NCBI GenBank assembly: GCA_964397745.1
Contig: CAYNKH010000001.1
Location: 20,232 to 84,231, forward strand
Direction of reading: 5' to 3'
From: an uncultured Bacteroidales bacterium
GTDB lineage: Bacteria; Bacteroidota; Bacteroidia; Bacteroidales; ML635J-15
DNA: 64,000 nucleotides
Below the pieces are notes generated by a model. It was not told the origin of the DNA, did no database searches, and saw nothing but the letters and a program-made list of their open reading frames with translations. The translations under genes and the position numbers were made by a program. Each line of letters starts with the position of its first letter. Positions within the stretch are counted from its first letter, which is position 1. Below, piece after piece: positions 19,601-27,232 of this stretch.

Positions 19601-20929
19601 ACGACAATTATGAAATATATAAGCTGCACCAGCTTCAGGTCTCTCATTTTGACCGTCTGCGTCAAAGTCTTGATACATAGCTCCTGCAATAATAAAATTA
19701 TTACTTATTGAAACATCGTATGCAAAATAATCTACAATATTGCGATCAAGATTTACGATTTTTTGTTCTTGCGTCCATTCAAATTCATCGTAATGATATA
19801 TATATGCTGCACCAGCAAAATCCCTTAGGTTAAGACCATTTTCATCAAGAGAATGATTATAAGCACCTACAACAATATAATTTTCGTCAATATCTACTGA
19901 GCATCCAAAATTATCATTACTCAGTTGGTCGGAGGCCGCTATTTTAGATGAAAATGACAAAGCAGTTCCAGCACCAGGATTTGAATATATATATGCTGCA
20001 CCTGTATTGGTAATAAATTCGTTTTCATCCTCGCCTCTAGCTCCTACAACAGCAAAATTATCGTTAATTGCTACATCATATCCAAAAAAACTTTGCGTTG
20101 TTGGTACAGGAGCAAGAAGTTTTGAGATTTGTGACCAAGTGCTACCGTTATAATAAAATACATAAGCCGCACCAGCCGAAAGAAATGTGTTTTCATGCTT
20201 ATTATAAGCTCCTGCAATAATATAATTTCCCCAAAGATCAATCGAAAAACCAAAATAATTTTGAGTAGCTCTATCTGACGCAACAATTTTTTGAGTTTGT
20301 GTCCAATTAGTACCATTGTTTTTAAAAACATACATAGAACCTGCACTAGTTAAATTGTTAGCACCACTTACGTCTTCATCTTCGTTAAATGCACCGACAA
20401 CAATAAAATCTCCATCTATTGCAACAGATTGGCCAAAGTAATCGCCGTCAAAACGATCTGATGCAACTATTTTTTGAACTTCTGTCCAAGTACCAGCATT
20501 ATTATAAAAAACATAAGCCGAACCAGCATCCGTTTTAGCATCTGTACCTACAGCATCATGGTCTTCTTTCCATGCACCAACAACGGCATAATCTCCATTA
20601 ATATCAACCGAATAACCAAAATTATCTCCTGCACCACGATCAGAAGCAACAACTTTCTGTATTTCGACCCAAGTGCCACCTGTGTTCTGTAAAATATAGG
20701 CTGCTCCAGCTTCTAACAATGTAGTACCGCCACCTGAGGCATCTTTATCTTGCCCCCAAGCTCCAACGATTGCAAAATCACCATCTATCGCCACTGATTT
20801 GCCGTAATAATCTTGTGCATTCCTGTCAGAGGCCGATGCTTTAACAATTTGATCCCAGTTTTGAGCATTACTGCGTAAAGAAAACAGAATCATGACAATA
20901 ATAATAGAAAAAATGCATGTTGTTTTCAT
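16622..20929 (-). CDS. Giant T9SS-sorted adhesin-like protein, tandem paralog (FG-GAP propeller, Ig domain, 8 MBG repeats, Por C-terminal domain)
   Basis: 1435 aa with the same architecture as 11897-16432. Residues ~23-294 are identical to the paralog and the rest is diverged. The C-terminus is IEVYPNPAKDYVNIM...GVYFIALKTD. Confidence 0.9.
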   Translation of the reverse strand: MKTTCIFSIIIVMILFSLRSNAQNWDQIVKASASDRNAQDYYGKSVAIDGDFAIVGAWGQDKDASGGGTTLLEAGAAYILQNTGGTWVEIQKVVASDRGAGDNFGYSVDINGDYAVVGAWKEDHDAVGTDAKTDAGSAYVFYNNAGTWTEVQKIVASDRFDGDYFGQSVAIDGDFIVVGAFNEDEDVSGANNLTSAGSMYVFKNNGTNWTQTQKIVASDRATQNYFGFSIDLWGNYIIAGAYNKHENTFLSAGAAYVFYYNGSTWSQISKLLAPVPTTQSFFGYDVAINDNFAVVGARGEDENEFITNTGAAYIYSNPGAGTALSFSSKIAASDQLSNDNFGCSVDIDENYIVVGAYNHSLDENGLNLRDFAGAAYIYHYDEFEWTQEQKIVNLDRNIVDYFAYDVSISNNFIIAGAMYQDFDADGQNERPEAGAAYIFHNCREIFVYQDTTEIEKKGTFDFGHIEIGSSSPELIFTIENTGMDNLILDGIPIIEIYGTNATDFALNQSATSSPVIPGGTTTFTIIFTPSFIGLHTAEIKISNNDYDENPFVFTIIGIGAKIPQTISEFNPIDVKTYGDDDFIVSATASSGLDVIFTSSDNNIAICGGTNGSNITITGVGSCEIYANQPGNGIYLAAPQDSQTLIVNKKIITVTADAGQTKDYGEIDPVLTYTVSPEGLETGDDFSGALTRVAGETVGLYEILIGDLSAGPNYEISFITDDFAIIERTIYVTADVGQSKIYGQSDPTLTYSYYPNIIDGDAFSGSIIRVSGENIGNYEIQQGTLSLNSNYIIDFISNDFEIIAKTITITPNSTQSKTYGTTDPSAFVYSIYPALVQGDTFTGALERVAGEDVGFYAITLGTLDAGDNYILTFVDEVFEIIARPITIVVYPDQSKLYGDTDPTFAYWLMGTLANEDELTGELSRAPGESLGFYAITQGTLSLGSNYNLNFTAASFEIKVKGLSVQVDPNQSKEYGDDDPVFTYTINSSLALGDNFTGELARVPGEDVGAYMITQGSLALNSNYSIVFMEEEFEITRKIITVTVDPNQSKYYGEPNPDAYTYSYTGTLQNGDGFSGNLERQSGEDVGTYNILQASLWVNPNYQIIYNDDVFEILHEEISVFANAGQTKTYGDANPTEYTYTYTGDLFIFDIFTGELTREAGENVGNYEIQQGSLSLNNNYNITYYPNNFEITQKPINVTADANQSKVFGEDDPTEFTYTVLGSLIGGDSFTGELTRETGDNVGFYQILQGNLNLNNNYAISYISDNFEITKATPIITWENPADIYYGTELTENQLNASANISGNFYYIPDFSTILEVGDNQALNVEFIPDNYFNYNNANATAYINVLLNSNITEYRSSIEVYPNPAKDYVNIMQGNTLFKHLKVYDITGKIVIEQNLDALITCLDISNLPSGVYFIALKTDNSSAEIRVKLVKTDNY
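17129..18990 (-). repeat. Tandem 234-bp coding repeat array (8 MBG units)
   Basis: It shows the same 78-codon periodicity as the paralog (I[TS]V..D..Q[ST]K.YG..[DN]P). It has one unit fewer than paralog 1. Confidence 0.8.
20051..20868 (-). repeat. 818-bp tract identical to 15554-16371 (copy 2)
   Basis: See copy 1. Identity ends abruptly at both edges: 20050 vs 15553 and 20869 vs 16372 differ. Confidence 0.9.
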
Positions 20930-20995
20930 AGTAATGAAATTTCTATAACAATCAGCTTTTTGTTTATAATATCAAGATAAATGATATTATATGTG

Positions 20996-21003
20996 CAAAT
21001 ATA
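20996..21003 (-). promoter_or_regulatory. Candidate -7 box (TATATTTG) for adhesin paralog 2
   Basis: The minus strand reads cTTATATTTGca, about 67 nt upstream of the ATG at 20929. Confidence 0.4.
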
Positions 21004-21302
21004 AGGAATTTTTGTTAATGTTGGGATGGAGGGTTAGAAATTTTTAGAAAAAGCTTTAAATAAACTGATTTACCTCGCCATTATACGAAGTATTTGAGCA
21101 GAGCCATACACCCCACTCAGTTCCTTCCACTTCGTTTAGTGTTTTTTTCGCGTTTTCTTTTGACGTAGCTCGCCAGAGTTTAGTTTTCTGTGTTTTTTAC
21201 TTTTTTCGTGAAATACTCCCTGCGATTTTTGGATATCGGGGTTTTTTGTATGAACCGACAAAAAATAATTATTAGCCATCTTAGTTTGCAACTAACTTAT
21301 AT

Positions 21303-21720
21303 TTAAGTGTTTACAGGTAGTGGTTGAGTTTTTTTGAAAACTTCATTGTTGCGATCTCGCAATGCATCTCCAGCCGTACTTTTTGCTAGGACGCTATCCA
21401 TACCAAGATAATTTAGTTTCCCTGCCAAAGCTCGCATTCCGTCACAGACTTCGCCCATAGAATCGCAGCGAGAAAAAATCCCGAAGAGCATCACAACTAA
21501 TTGATGCCATGAGAAAAATGACTTGTAATAACGGTCAGTTCCGCATTGTTTTACTAAAATATCAAATTGATCTTTTGGTAATAAATTTATCAATTGTTTG
21601 AATACCGGCTGACCGACTAAATTTTTTTTTTTTGCAAAACAAATTTACGACATTAGTGCGAAACCTTATGGGAGTAGCCCTACTTTTGTTAAAATTTTAA
21701 TCGGTCAGTACTGGTTTTTT
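21303..21720 (-). mobile_element. Truncated IS4-family insertion-sequence remnant (N-terminal DUF4372-type transposase fragment plus upstream end)
   Basis: The 96-aa ORF 21303-21593 (F.ILVKQCGTDRYYKSFFSWHQLVVMLFGIFSRCDSMGEVCDGMRALAGKLNYLGM...KST..DALRDRNNEVF) fits the N-terminal region of Bacteroidota IS4-type transposases, but no DDE catalytic domain follows. Upstream there is a TAAATTTG box, a T12 run (21622-21633) and an 8-bp inverted pair (CTGACCGA/TCGGTCAG). Confidence 0.6.
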
Positions 21721-21796
21721 TATAAAATATAATGGCGTTTATCGTAATGTATTTGCGAAACCTCACTTTTTACTCTTCACTCTCGCCCCACCAACT

Positions 21797-22213
21797 TTAT
21801 TTAAAATCACTTTTACGCCTTTCTTTCTTTTCAGAAGTTTTGCGTTTTCCTTTTAACCTGTTCTCAATTGAGGCTTTTGATGGTTTTGTTTTGACACGCT
21901 TTTTATGTTTTTTTAGCGACTTATTTATCAATTCATAAAATCGAGCAATAACATTTTCTTTATTTTTATGTTGAGATCTATCTTCTTGTGAGGATAAAAA
22001 TAAAATGCTCTCATTATTAATTCGCGATTTTAATTTCTTGAGTATAGTGCATTTTTGTTCTTCTGAAAGAATTTGAGAATTTAAAACATCAAAACGCAGC
22101 TCTGCTTTAGAGTTAACTTTGTTGACATTTTGTCCGCCCGGACCAGTAGAACGGATAAACGAAAATACAAGCTCAGCATCTAAACTTCCAAGTTTTATAA
22201 TTTCATCATTCAT
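21797..22213 (-). CDS. arfB: Alternative ribosome-rescue factor ArfB (peptidyl-tRNA hydrolase, ICT1/YaeJ family)
   Basis: 138 aa with the GGQ motif (GPGGQNVNKVNSKAELRF) and a basic C-terminal tail (KKHKKRVKTKPSKASIENRLKGKRKTSEKKERRK). Confidence 0.9.
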   Translation of the reverse strand: MNDEIIKLGSLDAELVFSFIRSTGPGGQNVNKVNSKAELRFDVLNSQILSEEQKCTILKKLKSRINNESILFLSSQEDRSQHKNKENVIARFYELINKSLKKHKKRVKTKPSKASIENRLKGKRKTSEKKERRKSDFK

Positions 22214-22419
22214 TATCGTAAAGGCTTTAACAAATACTCCAAGCCATTCAATCTAATTTCATACATCGTATGAAGCAGCATTCCTAAATTCCCAGTAGGA
22301 AAACCTTTTGCGTGATACCAAACCAAATAGTGCTCTGGAATATCACAAATCACTCTTCCCTTGTACTTGCCAAAGGGCATTCGAGTTGCAACTAATTGTA
22401 ATAAAATTGTTTTGTCCAT
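22213..22419 (-). CDS. DUF3820 family protein
   Basis: 68 aa. MPFGKYKGRVICDIPEHYLVWY...GFPTGNLG matches my memory of the DUF3820 pattern. Its TAA overlaps the arfB ATG by 1 nt (TAATG). Confidence 0.7.
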   Translation of the reverse strand: MDKTILLQLVATRMPFGKYKGRVICDIPEHYLVWYHAKGFPTGNLGMLLHTMYEIRLNGLEYLLKPLR

Positions 22420-22424
22420 TGCTG

Positions 22425-22432
22425 CAAATATA
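22425..22432 (-). promoter_or_regulatory. Candidate -7 box (TATATTTG) for the DUF3820-arfB pair
   Basis: The minus strand reads TATATTTGcagcaATG. The box ends only 5 nt before the start codon, which would imply a leaderless or near-leaderless mRNA. Confidence 0.3.
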
Positions 22433-22561
22433 GTAAAAAGACTAAATGTTAAAGCATCAAAATCTATTTTCTCTGATTATCTAAACACAAAATTCACAAT
22501 TATTATATTCTTCTGGCACTCTTTTTGAACAAAAAGCTTTATCTTCGTAAAAAAATATAAG

Positions 22562-23863
22562 ATGAGAAAAATTCTAATATTATTATCTATAGTTTTTGTT
22601 GCCACAGCTGTTTACCCACAGTCTGTTGCGGTAAAAAAACCAATGGGGCGTTTTTGGTATAACTGTTTAACTAAACGTGTTGAAAGTCCTAAACGTGATG
22701 AACGTAGGATGAAAAAAGGTGTGCGAATTATCAAACGAAAAGATGTATCATCAAATCAACTTTATAAACTTTCGCTTATTTTCCAACAAGATGAATATCG
22801 CTTAGGATTTGTAAAAGGAGCATACCCAAGCGTTACAGATAAATCGAATGCAATAATTCTGTGCGATGCTTTTGAAAAGTTCTCACATCAAACAATTATG
22901 TGGGAGTATATTAAGCAGCAAAATCCTCGTTATGGGATTGAACCAACCGACATAAACTCCTTTCAAGATTATCTTACAATGAGGGACAGAAAAAAAGACC
23001 GTCAGTACGATAAAGATAAAAAGACTGATGGTGAAGATAAGACCAAAGATGCTGATAGTGAGAAAGATACCAAGGTTTCAGAGCCAGAATCCAAAACAGA
23101 AATAGTTGAAAAACCCGAAAAACCTATTGACAAACCCGAAGTCGAAAAAGAAATAATTAAGGAAGAAAATAACATCTCATCATCTGAGAAGATTGTTTTT
23201 CCTAATGCTGCAATATATTCAGGAACTAATAAAGGTTGCGACAACTATCTAAACGACAAACAATTTGTTGCTTTTGCAAATACTGTATCTCAATTTGAAG
23301 ATGACGAAGAAAAAGCAAAAATCTGTATGGAATATGTCTATACTTATTGTTTTACAACCGAACAGGTAATGAAACTTGGTGTTATCATAAAGTCTGAACC
23401 ACATCGCTATATTTTCTTTAAAACTGCTTATCCTAAAGTATATGATAAAGATAATTTTTTACACGTAAAACAGGTCTTGACAACCGATAAGTTTATACAC
23501 GGAATAAATGAAATCTACGAAGTTCCTAAATCGCCAAAACCTTATGGCGTACCGCTTGAAGTTGTTGCGGAATCGTGTGTCTTAAATGAGCAAGATTTCT
23601 CTAAAATCAAATCCGAAATTCGTAAGGAGACATTCTCATCAACTAGACTTGAAACTGCTCAAAGATTGGTTGAGCAATACGAATGTATTAGTTCGGCGCA
23701 GGTTAAAGAGTTATTGAGTTTATTCTCGCTCGAAACAGATAAAGTCGATTTTGCAAAGTTTGCCTATCCATTTACAAACGACCCCAAAAACTATAATTTA
23801 GTGAGAGATTATTTCACATCTCAATCTGGTAAAAATGCAATTAATGCGATTATGAATGAGTAA
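22562..23863 (+). CDS. DUF4476 domain-containing secreted protein with a central K/E/D-rich linker
   Basis: Signal peptide MRKILILLSIVFVATAVYPQ. Two DUF4476-like modules are present (…QVKELLSLFSLETDKVDFAKFAYPFTNDPKNYNLVRDYF…; …QVMKLGVIIKSEPHRYIFFKTAYPKVYDKDNF…). A low-complexity acidic/basic segment covers aa ~145-200. Confidence 0.65.
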   Translation: MRKILILLSIVFVATAVYPQSVAVKKPMGRFWYNCLTKRVESPKRDERRMKKGVRIIKRKDVSSNQLYKLSLIFQQDEYRLGFVKGAYPSVTDKSNAIILCDAFEKFSHQTIMWEYIKQQNPRYGIEPTDINSFQDYLTMRDRKKDRQYDKDKKTDGEDKTKDADSEKDTKVSEPESKTEIVEKPEKPIDKPEVEKEIIKEENNISSSEKIVFPNAAIYSGTNKGCDNYLNDKQFVAFANTVSQFEDDEEKAKICMEYVYTYCFTTEQVMKLGVIIKSEPHRYIFFKTAYPKVYDKDNFLHVKQVLTTDKFIHGINEIYEVPKSPKPYGVPLEVVAESCVLNEQDFSKIKSEIRKETFSSTRLETAQRLVEQYECISSAQVKELLSLFSLETDKVDFAKFAYPFTNDPKNYNLVRDYFTSQSGKNAINAIMNE

Positions 23864-23933
23864 GGGTTTGAAATTCGTTTTAATAATCAAAGTAATAGCT
23901 AAATTATAAAACTAAATTTCCTTAGATTTTTTT

Positions 23934-23941
23934 TATATTTG
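23934..23941 (+). promoter_or_regulatory. Candidate -7 box (TATATTTG)
   Basis: Matches TAnnTTTG, 19 nt upstream of the ATG at 23961. Confidence 0.4.
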
Positions 23942-23960
23942 CAGTAGTTAATAACTCTAA

Positions 23961-25481
23961 ATGAAGCATTTTCTTCAGATATTATTTTTGTTGTGTCCAA
24001 GTTTTATCTTTGCACAAGATTATCCGCTAACTGGTCATTTCCAAAACCTTAACGAAAAAAGTATCTATTATAATGATAATTCAACTCTTATTCGCCCAGC
24101 TACTGGAGTCGAAAATGAAATTTATGATAGCTTAATTTTTACAGTTGAAAAAAACGCTGATAAATCATGGCTAAATAGAAAAGTATTTCGCGAACATCTT
24201 TTTGTGCAAAATGATGAGCGATTCAAATTATTACTTGATCCAATTATAGATTTTAGATTAAATAGCCATAATTTTGTTGAAACAGGATATTTGAACACTC
24301 GTGGAATTCTATTAAGTGGTAATTTAGATTCAAAAATATATTTTAACACCTCTTTTTATGAGAATCAGGGGGTTTTTCCAATGCAAATTTATGATTATTA
24401 CGAGTTTTACAGTGTAATTCCAGGTTACGGCAGAATAAAACCTTTAAGCAGAACAAACGAATATGATTTTGGCACCGCTTACGGTAATATTTCTTTTCGA
24501 GCGACTGAAAATTTGAATTTCTCATTAGGATATGATAGACTTTTTATTGGTGATGGATATCGCTCAATGATTTTATCAGATTTTGCTGCACCGATGATGT
24601 ATTTTAAGACTTCTGTTAAATTCGGCAAATTTGAGTACAACAATATTTTTACAAAAGCACTTAATCCAAACTTTAACAATGTGATGGATTTTGATGTGCC
24701 AACAAGCATGAATAGTCGTTATCCATCAAAATATATTTCGTACAATACATTAACATATAAACTTAATAATTGGCAATTTTCTTTAATTGAAGCTCTTGTT
24801 ATGTCAGATGATTTGCCTAATTGGAAAGTGCCAGCTTATACTTTTTCGCCATTTTTTAGAACCGCTTATATTGATTATAAAAAGCAACTGACAAATAATC
24901 TTATTGGAGCTAATATTACATGGAGTAATCCGAGTATTGGAGTTTTTTATTCTCAATTTATGTTAGATTCTTGGTATGAAAATTACTCTCCTGATTTTGC
25001 TCTTCAATTGGGGTATAAGAATTTTGATTTCTTAAATGTGCAAAATTTATATTTTCAGATGGAGATTAATTATTCTTCAGATTATATTTACACTCATCCA
25101 AATAATGAATTGTATTATGGACATTATAACCAAGCTTTGGCACATCCTGCAGGAGCAAATATTACTGAGTTAATTATATTGTCAGCTTACTCTATTAAGC
25201 GATTCGAGCTTGTTGGAAAAATCAATTTTTACTACGATTATACAGATTCTTATATATGCAGCGATTTGCGTAATATTGGATTAGTTATTCCTACAAGATC
25301 ATATATATCTGGTGATTTCCTAAAAGCTGAGGCACAATTAATTTACAATGTAAATCGTGCAAACAAATTACAAGTTTTTTGTTCTTGCGATATTTTTATA
25401 GACCATAGAGTTTATGATACTTTTATGTTTTATCAATTGGGTATTCGTACTGCAATTCGAAGTAATTATTACGACTTTTAG
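23961..25481 (+). CDS. Putative outer-membrane beta-barrel protein, Wzi/RemB-like (tentative family)
   Basis: 506 aa with signal peptide MKHFLQILFLLCPSFIFAQ. Motifs are LFIGDGYRSMILSDFA and YGHYNQALAHPAGANI, and it ends in an aromatic residue (YYDF). It is a paralog of the next gene. The CDS is solid. The family name is from memory of capsule-assembly Wzi and gliding RemB-type proteins. Confidence 0.5.
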   Translation: MKHFLQILFLLCPSFIFAQDYPLTGHFQNLNEKSIYYNDNSTLIRPATGVENEIYDSLIFTVEKNADKSWLNRKVFREHLFVQNDERFKLLLDPIIDFRLNSHNFVETGYLNTRGILLSGNLDSKIYFNTSFYENQGVFPMQIYDYYEFYSVIPGYGRIKPLSRTNEYDFGTAYGNISFRATENLNFSLGYDRLFIGDGYRSMILSDFAAPMMYFKTSVKFGKFEYNNIFTKALNPNFNNVMDFDVPTSMNSRYPSKYISYNTLTYKLNNWQFSLIEALVMSDDLPNWKVPAYTFSPFFRTAYIDYKKQLTNNLIGANITWSNPSIGVFYSQFMLDSWYENYSPDFALQLGYKNFDFLNVQNLYFQMEINYSSDYIYTHPNNELYYGHYNQALAHPAGANITELIILSAYSIKRFELVGKINFYYDYTDSYICSDLRNIGLVIPTRSYISGDFLKAEAQLIYNVNRANKLQVFCSCDIFIDHRVYDTFMFYQLGIRTAIRSNYYDF

Positions 25482-27065
25482 ATGAAAAGGATTATTGCAC
25501 ATATTGTTTTTATAACAATTGCAACTGCGGTGTTTTCTCAGAATATCCCTGTGCGAGACCCTTATTTCATACGTGACATTGAAAAATCTTCACTGTCTTT
25601 AGAAAAAAAACAGCACTCGGCAATAAAACCTTATTATTTTACCGACCATAAAGATGTATGTGTTGATTCTGCTCAATATGAAAAGAGCTTTTTATATTAT
25701 GGATGGAATAGTAAGTTGGATAAAAAGCCTTCATCATTTTACGCATTACCTGTTTACCAAGTTTTTAATTGGTTTGATGATGATTTTGATTATCGTTATA
25801 ATCTCCATTTTGGTGGATTATTTGATTACTCTTTAGGCGAAAAATTTGGAGTGAGTTACCAATTATCTTCTTGGATTTTAGATGTCCCCGATTACCAAAA
25901 AGAAAAACTTTCAAGTACTATTTATTACAATCTTGGAAAAGCACTTCCTAATAACAGCAGTGTCCTAATCGAAAACGATATCCATATAACGTACTCACCT
26001 TATAGCTTTTTAAAATTAGAATTGGCAAATAGCAAAAACTTTTATGGTGACGGATATAGATCGTTTTTACTTTCTGATTTTGCTTCAAACTATCCATATT
26101 TTAAACTTGAAACTTCGTTTTTATCAATAAAATACTCTTGTGTTTGGGCTGTACACAAAACATTTTCTGCTAATCCTTTGGAAAATTATTATAAAAATAA
26201 GTTTGATGTTTTTCATTATTTAGATTGGAAAATCGGAAAGCGTTTTCATCTTGGACTTTTTGAGGCAATTATTACTACAAAAGATGACTTTTTTGATTTC
26301 GAATATTTTAATCCTATTATTTTTTTCCGTCCAGTTGAGTTCTCGCTTGGCTCCGAAGATAATGCGGTTTTGGGAACTAATATAAAATTTATAATTAACG
26401 ACCGAAATGCAGCTTACGGGCAATTTGTTTTAGATGATATTATTGTTGGACAGCTTATAAATGACATCAGACATAATGTAAATCCAGATTATACTGGTGA
26501 ATATGGCTGGTTTGCGAATAAATGGGCTGCACAGTTTGGATTCAAATCTTATGATATTTTTAAACTTAAAAATCTTGATTTTTTTACAGAATTTAATATC
26601 GCTCGTCCTTATATGTATTCTCATTTTAATCGTGAACAGAATTACTCACATTATAATCAAGCTTTAGCACATCCACTTGGAGCAAATTTTGTTGAGTCTG
26701 TGAGCGGAATTTCATATTTAGGGAAAAGATTTATTGTGGATGCAAAATTAATGTATGCAATCATTGGGGCAGATACCACAGGGTCTCATTTTGGACAAAA
26801 CATCTATAAACCTACAATGGACGGAAACCAAGGATATTCGTATATTGTAAACTCTTATGGAAATATAATTTTACAAGGTGTAAGAACCGAAATAATTACT
26901 GCTAAAATTGATATTGGCTTTATTCTTAAAAAAAATAAAAATCTATCTCTAAATCTTGGCCTTTTGATGCGTTATTCAAATCCTGAAATCGGAGATGCAA
27001 AAAGTCAAAACTTTGTTTACTTAGGTATAAAATCCAATTTTGTAAAAAGGGAAGTTTTGTATTGA
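25482..27065 (+). CDS. Putative outer-membrane beta-barrel protein, Wzi/RemB-like (tentative), paralog of 23961-25481
   Basis: 527 aa with a signal peptide. Motifs are NFYGDGYRSFLLSDFA and YSHYNQALAHPLGANF. The ATG directly abuts the upstream TAG (tagATG). Confidence 0.5.
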   Translation: MKRIIAHIVFITIATAVFSQNIPVRDPYFIRDIEKSSLSLEKKQHSAIKPYYFTDHKDVCVDSAQYEKSFLYYGWNSKLDKKPSSFYALPVYQVFNWFDDDFDYRYNLHFGGLFDYSLGEKFGVSYQLSSWILDVPDYQKEKLSSTIYYNLGKALPNNSSVLIENDIHITYSPYSFLKLELANSKNFYGDGYRSFLLSDFASNYPYFKLETSFLSIKYSCVWAVHKTFSANPLENYYKNKFDVFHYLDWKIGKRFHLGLFEAIITTKDDFFDFEYFNPIIFFRPVEFSLGSEDNAVLGTNIKFIINDRNAAYGQFVLDDIIVGQLINDIRHNVNPDYTGEYGWFANKWAAQFGFKSYDIFKLKNLDFFTEFNIARPYMYSHFNREQNYSHYNQALAHPLGANFVESVSGISYLGKRFIVDAKLMYAIIGADTTGSHFGQNIYKPTMDGNQGYSYIVNSYGNIILQGVRTEIITAKIDIGFILKKNKNLSLNLGLLMRYSNPEIGDAKSQNFVYLGIKSNFVKREVLY

Positions 27066-27094
27066 AAATCGATAGAACTATAATGGGATATAGT

Positions 27095-27116
27095 CACGAC
27101 AATCGTGCGGTAGCGG
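27095..27116. repeat. CACGA-caa-TCGTG-CGGTAGCGG hairpin module (family B)
   Basis: Lies 30 nt after the stop at 27065. The same module type occurs at 4828-4848 and 52277-52297. Confidence 0.6.
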
Positions 27117-27203
27117 TGTTGGTTCAGAACAAAAAAACTTGAGCAATCAAACCTGAAAACTCTAAAAAAAAGCAACAGTGTTCAATTTTTATGTTTTTTT
27201 TTG

Positions 27204-27211
27204 TAAATTTG
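27204..27211 (+). promoter_or_regulatory. Candidate -7 box (TAAATTTG)
   Basis: Matches TAnnTTTG, 21 nt upstream of the TTG start at 27233. Confidence 0.35.
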
Positions 27212-27232
27212 TCTTAACCTGATTAAGTAAAT

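Noticed and set aside
15554-20868. Diversity-generating retroelement (template/variable repeat) explanation for the duplicated tract
   Set aside because: The copies are identical rather than differing at adenine positions. The tract (818 bp) is far longer than typical TR/VR pairs, and no reverse transcriptase is nearby.
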